Below are positions 38,892 through 52,350 of a stretch of DNA of 64,000 nucleotides, piece after piece. The notes beneath the pieces were generated by a model. That model did not search any database. It saw nothing but the letters and a program-made list of their open reading frames with translations, and had not been told where the DNA came from. The stretch lies in assembly GCA_030704615.1 (NCBI GenBank), contig CM060732.1, positions 5,270,001 to 5,334,000 of the forward strand, given 5' to 3'. This stretch comes from Takakia lepidozioides (taxonomy: Eukaryota; Plantae; Bryophyta). Position 1 is the first letter of the stretch; each line of letters begins with the position of its first letter. A program made the translations under genes and the position numbers.

Positions 38892-40369
38892 CTAATATAG
38901 ACAAGGGTTGGTAGGACGTCCAGTTCTTGTTTTGTTTTTCAAGTCCTTGGCCTTAGGAGTCTATTCATTTTTTTTGACAAATTCGATTTGCTCTAGTGGG
39001 GTTTTCTTGTCAAGTTTCCATGCTAGTTCTTGTTGGCAGCAAAGAATAAGGCTAATAATTCCAATAGAACCTAAGATTAGTAAAATCAAAGCCTTGGATC
39101 CTCATGAATTAATTTTTGAAATCGGTTGTTTTACATTGGCACAACAATTGCAGATGTTGGGGACTGTCATTTTTCTGAAGGAAAGGGGTCTCATTTTGTT
39201 TGGGCAAAATCGATTTGATTTATAAGGTTGTACTTGGAAGTTTTTCATGCTAGATCCTGTTTACAACAGAGAATCAAGATAATACTTTCAATCAAACCTA
39301 AGGCTATCCAGATCAGAGCAATAGATTTTCAACTATTAATTTTTTGAAATTTTGATTTTCAAATTGGAGCATAATATTACCTGCAAGTTAAAAGAGAGGT
39401 CCTTAGTAGATTTTCCTGTTTGTGGTGTGTTGTTTTCTGTTTCACGTGTCCGATGAGGGTGTGTAATACCGAGGGTCTTTTCATATACCGGTGTCGACGC
39501 GGTGAGCTTTACCTTCTCTATGACAGATTGAACGTGGGAGCCCTCTTGGGTCTTAGAACTCTTTACCGTGTTGTCTTTTACATATCTCGTTTAATAGAAC
39601 AAAGGAACAATTCATGATGTGCCGAAGCTGCTAAGTGTCACTCAGATTTGTGTTGATATAAGGGTTGGTTTTGTGGCTTCTTGCCGTGTCGCCCACTGTG
39701 AGATCGGGCCTTCTCTCTTTATATGTGGGCACTTGCCTTCTACTCTACTTGTCTTGCATTTCAAGTATGTCGTAAGATTGCCGTATGACTGCTGTGTCTC
39801 GTTATCAGGTTTGGGGGTGCGAATGTATCTAGGTTCTGGTTTTACCCTCACGGGTGCTGGCTTCTTGCCCTTTAAACCTGTTTAACGGCCTTTTAAGTCT
39901 GTACATGCACTTGCACTGGATTAACATGACGCCGGGTAAGTCTTTGGTGTCCGTTGTTGTGATGATTCATATCTTTATTCTGAGCCTCGATACAGTAATC
40001 AGGGGAGATGAAGGGTTGCATCTCAGGGGCCATATAGTTGGAGGCTATTACACACATGTATAAGTTCTAGCGACGACCGCAGGTCGGAAGCTAGTTTAGC
40101 GTAGAGCAGGAATAGGGTGCCATAGTGCCACGTTTTCGTCGCCATGTCATCGTCGCCACGTTTCGTCACCACGTTTCGTCGTCAAATTCTTTGGAATCTG
40201 CCCGAGCTGCCCGCCCGGAATATGCCAATAGATTTTCGCGCCAAGTGTTTCGAAACTGCCCAAACTGCCCCGCGTCTTGATTTCTTGAACCGCAGGAGGG
40301 GTTTCACAGGCCGATCGCGATTCGCAGATGGAGACGTTCAGAGATTATGAGTACGCAGCAGGAGCTCTC

Positions 40370-42060
40370 GCAGCAGATGGTGGGACAACTGCAATCGCAA
40401 GGTGTGGCTTTTCTTAATATACCATGTGAAGAAGTTTGTCCATCCTGCAAATGGGGGCTCTTAGTACCCTGATTTGGTATTCTTCCTGATGTTTACAAGG
40501 TTCGTGGGAGAATCAGCTTGGTCTTAGCAGGCCATGTTTCAATCTCTGCCTGCTCAGGTGCACCGTGGTGGTTTTCACATACAATCGGACATTACCTGAC
40601 TACAGACACAAGCAGCACACATAGAGGTCCTTTTGGGTTGATGGTCGGCCAAATCCTCCATGGGTCATGACACAAGGTCAAGGACAATGTGGTGAGGGCA
40701 CCTTCTTCTACGACCTATTTCAGCCTGTTTTGCCCTCTCATCAGACTCGGCCCTGACAAGCTTTGGAATGAACACTTTTCCGACCCCAGACAATGGTGGG
40801 ACAATGGAGACAAAAAGGTGAATGCCTGTTGGACTACAGAGAGAAGCAGATGCAATTCAGAATTGGGTTGGTCAGTGTCAGCTGCTAGCAGGTCTCCATG
40901 GGTCATGAAACAAGGTCAAGGACAATGTGGTGAGGGCACCTTCTTCTTGGACCTATTTCAGCCTGTTTTGCCCTCTCATCAGATTCGAACCTGAGATGTG
41001 GATCCAGATTCATCCAAGAGGGCCGGATTTCAAGCTCCAGATCACCTATGATTCCCTGTGGAAGGATAGCTACAAGAAACCTGCATGGGTAGATGGTCAT
41101 CACAATCGGCCCTAAATTTTTCATGTTGAATTCTGCAAGTTAGCTGGTTGAGTGAACCGTTGATAGTTTGGAGTGACTTTGACATGATACTGCCAATGTG
41201 ACAACAGGGAAGTACCCAGAAACAGGTAACAGAGACGAGGAGAGGCTGTGGAATGAATACTTTTCTGACCCCAGTCAATGGTGGGACAATGGAGGCAAAA
41301 GGTGAATGCCTGTTGGATTACAGAGAGTAGCAGATGCAATTGAGGATAGGAACTAGAGTGATAAGTTGAGTTGGGTGTTTCCTAGAACAAATCTAGGCTG
41401 TCATTGTCAGCTGATAGCAGCAAGGCAATGATGTATGTATGATTTGTGCAAAGGCATGGATAGCTAAGGAGCAGGGATAGTGTGTGGGTGGACAGGTTCA
41501 TCCAAGAGGGCCGACTTCAAGCTCCAGATGACCTATGATTCCATGTGGATCAATAGCTACAATAAACCTACATGGGTAGATGGTCAACTAAAGGCAGCAT
41601 CTGCAGCGGCACAGTTGATAGAATCAGGCACCTCAACCATGACCACAGCTTCTGAAAGAGGATCAAGAGAGGGAGTCCACAATGCCTCTTCTGGCACTTC
41701 TGGGCATGTGAAGATACTTTGTGTGGCAGGCAGCCTGACAGAGGCTCTACAGACTTCAAACCAAGGAGGCATTTCAGCAGATTCAGATACGTATGTCTGT
41801 CTCTTGCTTAAGTGCATGAAGATGGAAGGTCTGGAAGCTAGAAAGCAGGTGCACACTCACATTATCCAAAGTGGATTCACAACAAATGTTTTTCTACTCA
41901 ACACCCTTGTCCAGCCTGCAAATCTTAGTTCAATCTCTGCCTGCTCAGCTGCACCGTGGTGGTTCTTACATACCAATCCGACATTACCTGACTACAAACA
42001 CAAACAGCACACACAAGAGGTCCTTTTGGGTTGATGGTCGGCCAAATCCTCCATGGGTCA
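40370..42060 (+). pseudogene. Scrambled OSB/PTAC9-type PDF-motif exons leading into a PPR N-terminus
   Basis: RWWDNCNRK|gt, LWNEHFSDPRQWWDNGDKK|gt, HPRGPDFKLQITYDSLW...KPAWVDG and NPTLPDYKHKQH...WVDGRPNPPWV. ORF 41480-42034 runs from a PDF motif into DSDTYVCLLLKC...KQVHTHIIQSG (PPR). Confidence 0.7.
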
Positions 42061-42254
42061 TGACACAAGGTCAAGGACAATGTGGTCAGGGCACCTTCTT
42101 CGACCTATTTCAGCCTGTTTTGCCCTCTCATCAGACTCGGCCCTGAGATGCATATTGAATTCTGTAAGTTAGCTCGTTGGGTACCATGATTTGGTATTCT
42201 TCATGATGTTTACAAGGATTTTGGGAGAGTAAGCTTGGTCTTAGCAGGCCGTGC

Positions 42255-44770
42255 CCTCCAAGGTCACGTTCATTCTACTCTCAAGGCATGTGCCAGCATA
42301 GGTGCCCTGGAAAAGGGAAAACAGGTCCAAGCTGACATTTTGAAAGCTGGAATTGCACCAAATGTTATTCTAGAGACTGCCCTTGCTGCCATGTAGGCCA
42401 AGTGCGGGAGCATGAAGGAGGCCCGTCGAGTTTTCGACAATATGGCTGGACAAGATGCGGTTCATTGTGCCATTATTGCTGCAGGATATGCTCAGCAAAG
42501 GTGTGGTCACCTTGGAGACCTATGAGCAAATGATATGGGAAGGTTGGGTACCGGACAAAGTCACATTCACTTCCGTTCTCAATGCATGTGGCAGCCTGGC
42601 AGACCTGGAAAAGGGCAAAAAGATCCATGCTGGTATTATCAAAACCAGAATTGAGCCAAATATCGTCTTGGAAACTGCTCTTGCTAACATGTATGCCAAA
42701 TGTGGGAACATGACGGATGCGCATCTAGTGTTTGACAATATGGCTCGACAAAATGTGGTCTCATGAAGTGCGATGATCGCAAGATATGCTCAGCTTGGAT
42801 GTGGTAAAAAGGCTTTGGAGATCTATGAGCAAATGATACAGAAAGGGGTTATGCCCAACTAGGTAACGTTTGTGTGCGTTCTCAATGCATGTGCTAGCCT
42901 GGTGGACCTGGAAAAGGGCACAGAGATCCATGATGACATCATCAAATATGGAATTAAGCCCACTATCATTCTGCAGAATACCCTTGTTGACATGTATGCC
43001 AAGTGCGGGAACTTAACAGATGCATGTCAAGTGTTTGAAAATATGACGAACGAGATGTGGTCTCATGGAGTGCAATGATTTCAGGATATGCCCAGCATGG
43101 ATGTGGTAGGGAGGCTTTGGAGACATATGAGCGAATGATATGGGAAGGGGTGACATCCAATCTGGCATTACCTGACTATAGACACAAGCAGCACACACAA
43201 GAGGTCCTTCTGGGTTGATGGTCGGTCAAATCCCCCATGGGTCATGACACAAGGTCAAGGACAATGTGGTGAGGATCCACCTTCTTGTTCGACCTATTTC
43301 AGCCTGTTTCGCCCTCTCATCAGACTCGGCCCTGAGATGCATATTGAATTCTGTAAGTTAGCTCGCTGGGTGGATATGCGGTGGTTTGGAGTGACTTTGA
43401 CAAGTTACTGCCGATGTGGCAGCAGGAAAGTATCCAAAAACAGATAACAGAGATGAGGAGAAGCTTTGGAATGAACTCAGGTTCCAGAAACAGGTAACAA
43501 AGACGAGGAGAAGCTGTGGAATGAATACTTTTCTGACCCCAGTCAATGGTGGGACAATCGAGGCAAAAAGGTGAATGCCTGTTACAGAGAGTAGGAGATG
43601 AAATTGAGCATAGGAACTAGTGTGATAAATTGAGTTGGGTGTTTCCTCGAAAAAATCTAGGTTGTCATTGTCAGCTGCTAGCAGCAACGCAAGGATGTAT
43701 GCATGATTTGTGCATGGATAGCTGAAGGAGCATGGGATAGAGTGTGGGTCCAGATTCACTGCTAATGAAGGCACCTTCTTCAACACATTTCACCCTGTTT
43801 TTCCCTCTTATCAGAATCGGCCCTAAATTTCCATGTTGAATTCTGCAAGTTAGCTGGTTGAGTGAATCTAGTTTGGAGTGACTTTGACATGATACTGCCA
43901 ATGCGACAACAGGAAAGTATCCAAAAACAGGTAGCAGAGACGAGGAGAAGTTGTGGAATTAATACTTTTCTGACCCCGGTCAATGGTGGGAAAGGTGAAT
44001 GCCTGTCAGATTACCAGATGTCATTCTAAACACTGCCCTGGTGGACATGTATGCCTTGAGCAGTAGCACCCAGGTGATATCCTTGTCCGATATCAGGATA
44101 TCTCAGCAGGGGTGTAGTAGGGAGGCTTTTGAGAGCTATGAGCAGATGATACGAGAAGGGGTGTTGCCTGATAAGGTTACCTTTATTTGTGTTCTGAAGG
44201 CGGCTGCCAGCCTGGCAGCCCTGGAAAAGGGCATAGAGGTCCACGCGGACATCATTAAAGCTGGAATACTGACAGATAGCATTCTCGAGAATACCAACAG
44301 ACATCATTCTCAAGAATACCCTCGTTAACATGTATGCCAAGTGTGGGAGCTTGAAACATTCACGCCAAGTGTTCGACAACATGGTTGAACGGGATGTGGT
44401 TTTGTGGAGTGCGATTATTGCAGGATATGCTCAGCATGGGTGGGGCGGAGACGTTCTGCAACTGTTTGAAGAAATGCAACAAGAAGGCATGAAGCAAGCA
44501 GTATCACCTTTTACATATGTTCTCTCTACATGTAGTCATGTGGGCCTGGTGCATAAAGGTTGCCATTACTTTGATTCCATGAGTCGGGATCATGGGCTCA
44601 CTCCCAAAGTGGAGCATTTTGGCTACGTGGTAGACCTCATTGGCCGTGCAGGCCACCTGAATGAGGCAGAGGACTTAATTAAAAGAATGCCAAATGAACC
44701 AGATGCTGCAGTGCTTGCTTGGTGCCTGCAGAATTTTTGGTAATGTGGATGTAGCAGAACGTGCAGCATA
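42255..44770 (+). pseudogene. PLS-class PPR repeats with an E-domain start, interrupted by PDF-module copies
   Basis: PDKVTFTSVLNACGSLADLEKGKKIH, LVDMYAKCG, DVVLWSAIIAGYAQHG, VLSTCSHVGLV, EHFGYVVDLIGRAGHLNEAE; stops and frameshifts. Confidence 0.9.
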
Positions 44771-45689
44771 CAAGAAACCTGCATGAGTAGATGGTCAACT
44801 GGAAGCCGCAGCAGCAGCGGCACAATTGATAAAATCAGGCACTGCTACTCAAGGTGATGTCATGCCTGACTCGTTTGATTCATGTTGACAAAGTTCAGAA
44901 GGTTCTAAGCTGCCCTAGTGGTATAGTTGCATCCCTCTATATACTGCCCTTCATTCTGTACCAATTGTTACATGTGAGGGGTCAATTGCTTTAAAGACAG
45001 ACTGAAAATCTTAGAGAGTTCTTCATATGAACTGCTTGCACACTTAAATATGGCTATGGCACAGGGGGACTGCTACTGACAGGTGGATCCAACAAGGCTG
45101 TTTTGCTTCTCATCTTCTGAGCATTTGTTGTTGTGTCACCTTCTTCAACACATTTCACCCTGTTTTTCCCTCTTATCAGAATCGGCCCTAAAGTTTCATG
45201 TCAAGTCACAGCTGCTAGTGGTTGAATTATTCTGATACATCACTGAAGGTGGCTTGCTCAAGTTTTGTGGCCTGTTGTTTAAAGCAATGTTTGTGGAGCT
45301 TTGGTAGTTGTAGCTGGGTATAGATGAGGCTTGGATCAAAAGTCTTGCTGCTTAGCTGCCCACCAGTGGTTTTCACAGAAAAATCCGAGATCACCGGATT
45401 TGAAGAAGCGTACAAAGGAGGTCCTCTGGATTGAGAGAGCTGGTCGACCTCTTCTTGGATAAGATACAAGGTCAAACACAATATGCTGATGGTTCTTTAT
45501 CGCATGGAGCTCAGGACAGAGAACACCACAGGTATTTGAGGCTTCCAACTCAAAAGAGATAAAACTCTAACAGTTTATTGTCAAGTAGATGGCTTTAAGT
45601 AGTTGTACAACTGTTGATAAGTAGCTAGAAGCCTGTCCCATGAAGAGATATTTCAGAACTTAGAGGACCGAAAGAGAGGAGTCAAAGGG

Positions 45690-45935
45690 ACCCTTCTAGC
45701 ACTTGTGGGTATTTGAGGATACTATGTAAAGTAGGCCGACTGGAAGAGGCACTGCACCTTTTGAACAAACAGGCATGCGACCAGACTCCAATACATATGT
45801 ATGTCTCTTGCAGGAGTGCATGAAAATAAAAGACATGGCTCAAGGAAAGCAGCTGCACATCCACAGTCAAAAGTGGATTTAGGCCAAATGTCCTTCTATT
45901 GCACACCCTTGTTAACATGTATGCTAAGTGTGGTT
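45690..45935 (+). pseudogene. PPR N-terminal fragment
   Basis: ILCKVGRLEEALHLL...DSNTYVCLLQEC...TLVNMYAKCG, read across frameshifts. Confidence 0.7.
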
Positions 45936-47542
45936 GAGAGGGGTTCTATTTCTGCATGCCTGTGCCTGTGGGAGGTCACAAAGGTAGCCATGTTGGACTA
46001 TAATTGCTGGGCAGCTCCTTTTGTTCCCCACAAAACACAGAGTCGATGGCCACAAGGCTACAGCAATAACCAAATAATACCATATGAGTACATTCTAATC
46101 ATATTTGAACTTTCACATAGATGCAAAACAGGCTGGCACAAGCTTTAAGAATGCAAACAAAGGTGACCTCATTGGGTTTTGTCCCTTCCTGTATCATCCC
46201 CTCAATGTCCTTCCTGCAGAGTTCCATCTGCTCCTTGCCATTACCACAGATTCAGCTCAAAGCTGAAATGTGCTTCGCATGTCCCACCATCTGCAAAGAA
46301 GCCTCAAAAGATTATAAAGCAGTTGCAGCTGAAACTAGAACCCAACCCATCTATCATTAGAGTGAAAATTCAGAGCTGAAAGCTGCCCACCAAGGCTGCC
46401 CAAACATGAGACATTGTAAGAGTGTCACTCCCTGTCGAGAATACCCCGACAACATACCAGAAAATGGATTATTGTCACAGCCTTAACTAAGAGGAGCCTT
46501 TTGTGTTTTTGTGTGGTTCACACCCACCAGGGTTCACCTAATCCTACAGCTCACCTGGAGGCATTCTTTCAGGGTATGTACTACTTATGTACAGGGAGTA
46601 TCCTCATTCAGAGTTTTGCTACTCAACTGATAGCACAACTTAGCATTCCACGATGAGGTCGACTGCCGGAAGCAGTGCTGCAGCTTGGATTCTGAGTCTG
46701 TCCAACTTGGCTTGATGTCAACCAATACTGATCCAGGGTCAACCCATTCCCATGAAAGTAGGTTGAGTATGGAAGTTGTGCTCCCCGCTGGTAGCTCACA
46801 TGGACAAATTTCATGTCATGAGTAAGGAGAGCTCCCCCACTAACAAGCCCTGAACCCAGCAATATTAATACCCAACACTTGACAATCATTTTTTATCAAG
46901 ACAATAAAGCTAAATGTTGAGAAACTAAATGATGAGCGACGAAAAAGATATAAACAACACTCCGCCATTCTTCTTGCGCGAAACAATGAAACATGGGATG
47001 TGTGTATGTAACCCCGCCCCTTATGTGAAAATTGAACGTAGTTCTCAGAATTCGTCGCTAGTAGTGCGGAGCAACGCGAAGCCCTAGTTCTAGCGACGAC
47101 CGAGGTCCGAACTAGTTTAACTTAGAGCAGGAATAGGGTGCCATAGTGCCACATCATCGTAGACACATCGTCGTAGCCAAGTCATCGTAGACACGTCATC
47201 GTCGTCGTCAATTTCTTTGGAATCTGCCCGGACGGCCCGCACGAAATAGGCCAATAGAAATCGCCGCGCCAACGTTTTTGGAACTGCCCGCAATGCCCGG
47301 ATCTTGATCTTCTTGAACTGCAGGAGCTCTGCGTTTTCCGCCATCGTTCACCTTGCAAGCACAGGCATGGATAGCTGAAGGAGCAGGGATCAAGTGTGGG
47401 TCCAGATTCATCCAAAAGGACCGGATTTCAAGCTCCAGATTAACTATGATTCGAAAAGAGAGGAAAAGAGGGAAAGAGAGGAGGGGGAGGGAAGGAAAGG
47501 ATGGACCAATGAACATACCAGGGATGGTATCTGCTGTAACAG

Positions 47543-47661
47543 AGCAAATGAAATATGTCGTGAATCAAAGCGACAAACCATCAATGCTGAGAATGTGCTC
47601 AAAGCTGTTGAGGAGCTGAACCTCACCGAGTTTTGTGAGCCCTTGAGAGCTGCACTTGCAG
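47543..47661 (+). pseudogene. Single captured exon of a histone-fold DPB4/POLE3(NF-YB-like) gene
   Basis: ANEICRESKRQTINAENVLKAVEELNLTEFCEPLRAAL, bounded by AG and GT. Confidence 0.8.
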
Positions 47662-47670
47662 GTGTGTATG

Positions 47671-47672
<2 letters not shown>

Positions 47673-47710
<38 letters not shown>
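47673..47710. repeat. (TC)n microsatellite
   Basis: Direct inspection. Confidence 0.95.
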
Positions 47711-47712
<2 letters not shown>

Positions 47713-48430
47713 GATGATTTGCAATGATGACTTGAGTGGATTATTTGAGTTTTTTGTTCTGTCTTTCCTTATGGGGCAAGGTGCCAGATCAAACTCTAGT
47801 AGAAAACCTCTTCAGGGAACACCTCAGAAGTTTGAAAAAGCCAAAAAAGTCAACAAAGGCACTAGTCTTTCTCACACTCTGTGTGTCTTCCCTGGCCCTT
47901 GTTGGGGTCTAATTGCTGGGCAGCTCACACACAACAGATTGATGCTCGTGTGAAGGGATTTCTAGGAGAACCTGGAAAGCTGTTTATACCAAAAGGTAGG
48001 GTCTGTTCCCTCTACCCAAACTGGGCGTAGGGAACTATTGAGCAGTCAGCATGTATGGGTGTGATGAGTCCGACAAAAGACAGTATGCTTTTCTTTGGTG
48101 AGTGGTTGGCCTACTCTCAGAGGGTGGATGCTACCCATGACTGAAGAAACAAGCCAGATAAGGTTTGCATTAAAGTGGCCTTGATGTCGTGTGATGTCTC
48201 AAGACCACTTCAAGCATGATGCTCATCTGTCTCTCCGTATAAATGTCGAAATCCAAATGGAACCCATTATCTTCAAATTATGTCTTAAGCTATCCATCGG
48301 AAGTTCCAGAAAGTAGTTGAAAAGCGATTACTTCTGCTCATATTAGGGCAATTCAATTTGAAGCTTAGTATCGTAACCTCTCTCTTTGCCAAGCTACTTG
48401 TTTTGAAGTGTTCTTTGGGTACATTTGCAG

Positions 48431-49345
48431 GTTCTTTCCTGTCCAAAAAAATCGAACACTGTGGAAAGCAGAAAACGAGATCACAAAGGGTCTCAGAGAG
48501 ATCATCCAAGCCCGGCAAAAATCTGTGATTCTTGGAAAAAGTGCCGAATTTGGAAATGATCTGCTAGGTATAATGTTGTCTGTAAGTGAGGACAACCCCC
48601 GGGACAACCACAAGGCCAATCCTACACAAGCCCGACTCACAAACCAGCAGGTGGTAGATGAGTGCAAGACCTTCTTCTTTGTTGGCCATGAAACCAGCGC
48701 GGTTTCTCTGACATGTACTTTGATGTTGCTGTCGGTATATCCCGAGTGGCAGGATCGTCTGCGTAGAGAAGTGCAGGAGGTTTGCAAAGGCGCGTCTCCT
48801 GATAGCCAGAAACTCGGCAAGCTGAAACTTGTGAGTTCTGAGCCTCAAATATCAAACCATCTTGGCAAGTGTCTAGATTCTCTTTCGCCTATCAAGCCAT
48901 CAAGGTTTCCTCTCTCTATGTTGCCCTCTACATTGTATACAAGACTAGGGACTGATTTGTTGTTTTGGTGTACACTGTTTCACAAATGTCGTCAGTGCAT
49001 TCATTTGGTAATCTGAAACTGGATTAGCAACAGTATTGCACTCGGCTGTTCGTTGGCATCCTCGTGAAGGCTTGAGTTCTGGAGTCTTGTTATTTAATTG
49101 ACATGAGCATGACTCTGTTGTCTGCAGGTTGGAATGGTGTTGAATGAATCTATGCGGCTTTACCCTCCTGTTCCACATCTGTCTCGGCAGGCTGCAAAAG
49201 ACCTTTGGTTGGGCAATCTGCTCATCCCAAAAGGACTTACTATTATCACCAACCAAGTCCAAATGCATCACGATCCACAGCTGTGGGGTGAGGATGCCCT
49301 TGAATTCAACCCCGAGCGATTTGCTGGAGGAATCTCCAATGCTTG
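48431..49345 (+). pseudogene. Cytochrome P450 (CYP72-clan-like) fragment, two exons, no heme-Cys motif
   Basis: DECKTFFFVGHETS (I helix), EWQDRLRREV, intron 48831-49127, ESMRLYPP (ExxR), HHDPQLWGEDALEFNPERF. Confidence 0.92.
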
Positions 49346-51351
49346 TGCAAACCTGGCAGCGCTGGAAAAGGGCAAAGAGGTGCATGGAGACATCATCAAA
49401 GCTGGAATTGTACCAAACGTCATTCTGAACACTGCCCTAGTGGACATGTATGCAAAATGTGGGTGCATCTAGGATGCAAAGGGAGTGTTCGACACTATGG
49501 CTGAACAAGATGTGGTGTCGTGGAGTGTGATGCTTGCAGGGTATGCACAGCAGGGACGTGGGATGGAGGCTTTGGAGACCTATGAGCAAATGATGGGGGA
49601 AGCACATCATGTTTGTGTGCATTTGCAATGCTTGTGCAAGCCTGGCAGCCCTGGAGAAGGGCAAAGAGGTGCATAGGGACATCATCAAAGCTGGAATTGT
49701 ACCAAACGTCATTCTGAACATTGTCCTGGCAGCTCTGGAAAAGGGAAAAGAGGTCCATGGCGGCATCTTCAAAGCTGGAATTGTACCAGATTTCATTCTG
49801 AACAATACCCTGGTGGACATGTTTGCAAAATGTGGGTGCATCTAGGACGCAATGGGAGCGTTCAACACTATGGCTGAACAAGATGTGGCGTCGTGCAAGC
49901 CTGGCAGCCCTAGAGAAGGGCAAAGAGGCGCATGGGGATATTGTTAAAGCTGGAATTGTACCAAATGTCATTCTAAACACTGCCATGGCAGCTCTGGAAA
50001 AGGGGAAAGAGGTCCATGGCGACATCTTCAGAGCTAGAATTGTACCAGCTGTCATTCTGAACAATACCCTAGTGGACATGTTTGCAAAATGTGGGTGCAT
50101 CTAGGATGCAAAGGGAGTGTTCGACACTATGGCTGAACGAGGTGTGGTGTCGTGGAGTGCGGTGCTTGCAGGGTATGCACAGCAGGGACGTGGGATGGAG
50201 GCTTTGGAGACCTATGAGCAAATGATGTGCGATGGGGTGAAGCCCGACCACATCACGTTTGTGTGCGTTTACAGTGTGTGTGCAAGCCTGACAACCCTGG
50301 AAAAGGGCGAAGAGGTGCATGGCGACATCGTCAGAGCTGGAATTGTACCAGATGTGATCCTGAACACTGCCCTGGTGGACATGTATGCCAAATGTGGGTG
50401 CATGGAGGATGCAAAGGGAGTGTTCGACAATATGGCTGAATGAGATGTGGTGTCGTGGAATGCAATGATCGCAAGATATGCACAGCATGGTTGTCATAGG
50501 GAGGTCCTGCAACTATTTGAAGGAATGCAAAAGAACGGCTTGAAGCAGTATGTGTTCTCTCTGCATGCAGCCACACTGGCCTTCTGCATGAAGGAAGACG
50601 CTACTTCGATTCCCTGATTCAAGATCATGGTGTCACTCCGACAGTATAGCACTTTGGCTGCATGGTGGACCTTCTTGGAAGTGCGGGACAACTGGATGAG
50701 GCAGTGGACCTGATTAATAAAATGCCAATCAATCCAGATGTTGTGGTATGGAAGGCCTTGTTTAGTGCTTGCAGAATCCATGACAATGTAGAGATGACTG
50801 AACGTGCGGCAACATCTATCCTCAAGTGGAATGAACAGGATGCCGCGACTTATGTTGCTATCAAACATCTATGCTGCAGCTGGCAGGTTGGTTGATACTG
50901 TAAAGGTGAGAAGAATGATGAAGGTCAGAGGCATTGAAAAGGAGCCAGGTCGTTGCTGCATTGAGGTTTGCAACAGGGTGCACACCTTCGTTGTAGATGA
51001 CAAGTTGCATCCCAGAATTAAGGAAATCCATGCTGAGCTGAGAAGATTGTCTGGGAAGATGAAGGAGGCGGGGTATGTGCCTGACAGGCGCTTTGTATTG
51101 CATGATGTGGGGAGGAGGAAAAGGAATTTTCTCTTTGCCACCACAGTGAGAAGCTGGCCATTGGTTTTGGGCTGATCAGCATGACCCCTAGGACGCCTTT
51201 CGGTCTCATCAAGCATCTTCAAGTGTGTGGTGACTGCCACACCTCCACTAAATTCATCTCAAAGATTGTTGGCCGAGCAATTGTTGTACGGGACGCTAAC
51301 CGCATTCACCACTTTGAAGATGGGATTTGTTCTTGTGGTGATTACTGGTGA
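49337..51351 (+). pseudogene. PLS-PPR-E-DYW RNA-editing factor pseudogene
   Basis: Tandem P-L-S repeats, E domains, PG box (KEPGRCCIEV), GYVPD, HSEKLA, CGDCH and a terminal CSCGDYW-stop at 51351; several stops and frameshifts. Confidence 0.95.
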
Positions 51352-52350
51352 AAGGATGTCTTCTTGGAAAGATGCGAGCGTCTTGCTTCATTCATTGATC
51401 TGTGCTACTCACACCATCCACCATTTCCCGAAAGTATTGACCATGATGTACTGTTCAGTGCATTTCCTGTGCCATAAATCCACAGGATACCCGGCATAGG
51501 TGGGAAGTCAGCCCATAATTGCACTTGACTGAAGGGGTGATTTTTGACTGGTTCTGGTGACAGTGGATGGAAATCAGAGTGTTGTCCTAATTCTGGGTTT
51601 GGGTGGTGGAGCTTCTCCAAAGCTTGAAGATGGAAGTGAATACAAATTTTAATGAGCTTGATGAGAGGGGCAGCCCTGTGCACAAGTTTGTTCAGCATCT
51701 TAAATTTGGACATGTTTGTTTGTTTCTCGTGGTGTGGCTTGGAGCCCTTGACGAACTTGCATGAATATTGTCAAAAGCTAGCTTTAACCCACCAAGGTCC
51801 AATCCCATGGTGGATGCTTGAAAGTTCATATAGTGAATGTAAGGGTATTTGGGTAAGTTGTTATTGATTGATGCGGCTTGTGAAAATTGAACATTGAAAT
51901 GCAGATCCGCCATTTTACTTCCAGAAAAAAACAAAACACGGGATCTGTACATGTAACACCATGGGGATGACCCACCCCTTTTTTGTGAAAAATTGAACAT
52001 AATTCTCAGAATTCGTCGCTAGTAGTGCGGAGCAACGCGAAGCCCTAGTAGTTAATTCTAGCGACGACCGAAGGTCGGAAGCTAGTCTAGCGTAGAGCAG
52101 GAATAGGGTGCCATAGTGCCACGTCATCGTCGCCACGTTTTGTCACCGCGTCATCGTAGCCAGGTCATCGTCATCGTCAATTTCTTTGGAATCTGCCCAG
52201 ACGGCCCGCGCGAAATAGGCCAATAGAAATCGCCGCACCAACTTTTTCGGAATTGCCGCAATGCCCGGATCTTGATTTTTTGAACTGCAGGAGCTCTGCC
52301 GCCATTGTTCACCCTGCAAGCTGCAAGCTCTCAACAAATTGAGGAAATCC

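Larger units (their letters stand above)
40065..47088 (+). mobile_element. Non-autonomous Helentron/HLE2-like unit 1 carrying PDF-motif and PPR gene fragments
   Basis: 5' end TT-CTAGCGACGA-CCGCAGGTCGGAAGCTAG (subTIR plus hairpin); 3' subTIR TCGTCGCTAG at 47052-47061, then a GCG-GAGCAA-CGC stem-loop. Confidence 0.7.
47089..52055 (+). mobile_element. Helentron/HLE2-like unit 2 carrying a DPB4-like exon, P450 exons and PPR-E-DYW
   Basis: Same 5' terminus (47090-47099) and ~270-bp leader; 3' subTIR at 52013-52022 and a ~140-bp trailer shared with unit 1. Confidence 0.7.

Noticed and set aside
38900-40060. Short ORFs between the LTR-like sequence and unit 1
   Set aside because: No recognisable motifs; consistent with chance frames.
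40074-40095. Canonical Helitron 3' end (hairpin + CTAG) followed by a TC start
   Set aside because: The hairpin stays linked to the downstream leader in all three copies and has an inverted partner at the far end of each complete unit, which fits an HLE2 5' end better. Not fully excluded.
50869-51351. Functional DYW editing factor
   Set aside because: HSEK and CxxC are intact, but frameshifts near 50860 and 51110 and upstream stops break the frame.
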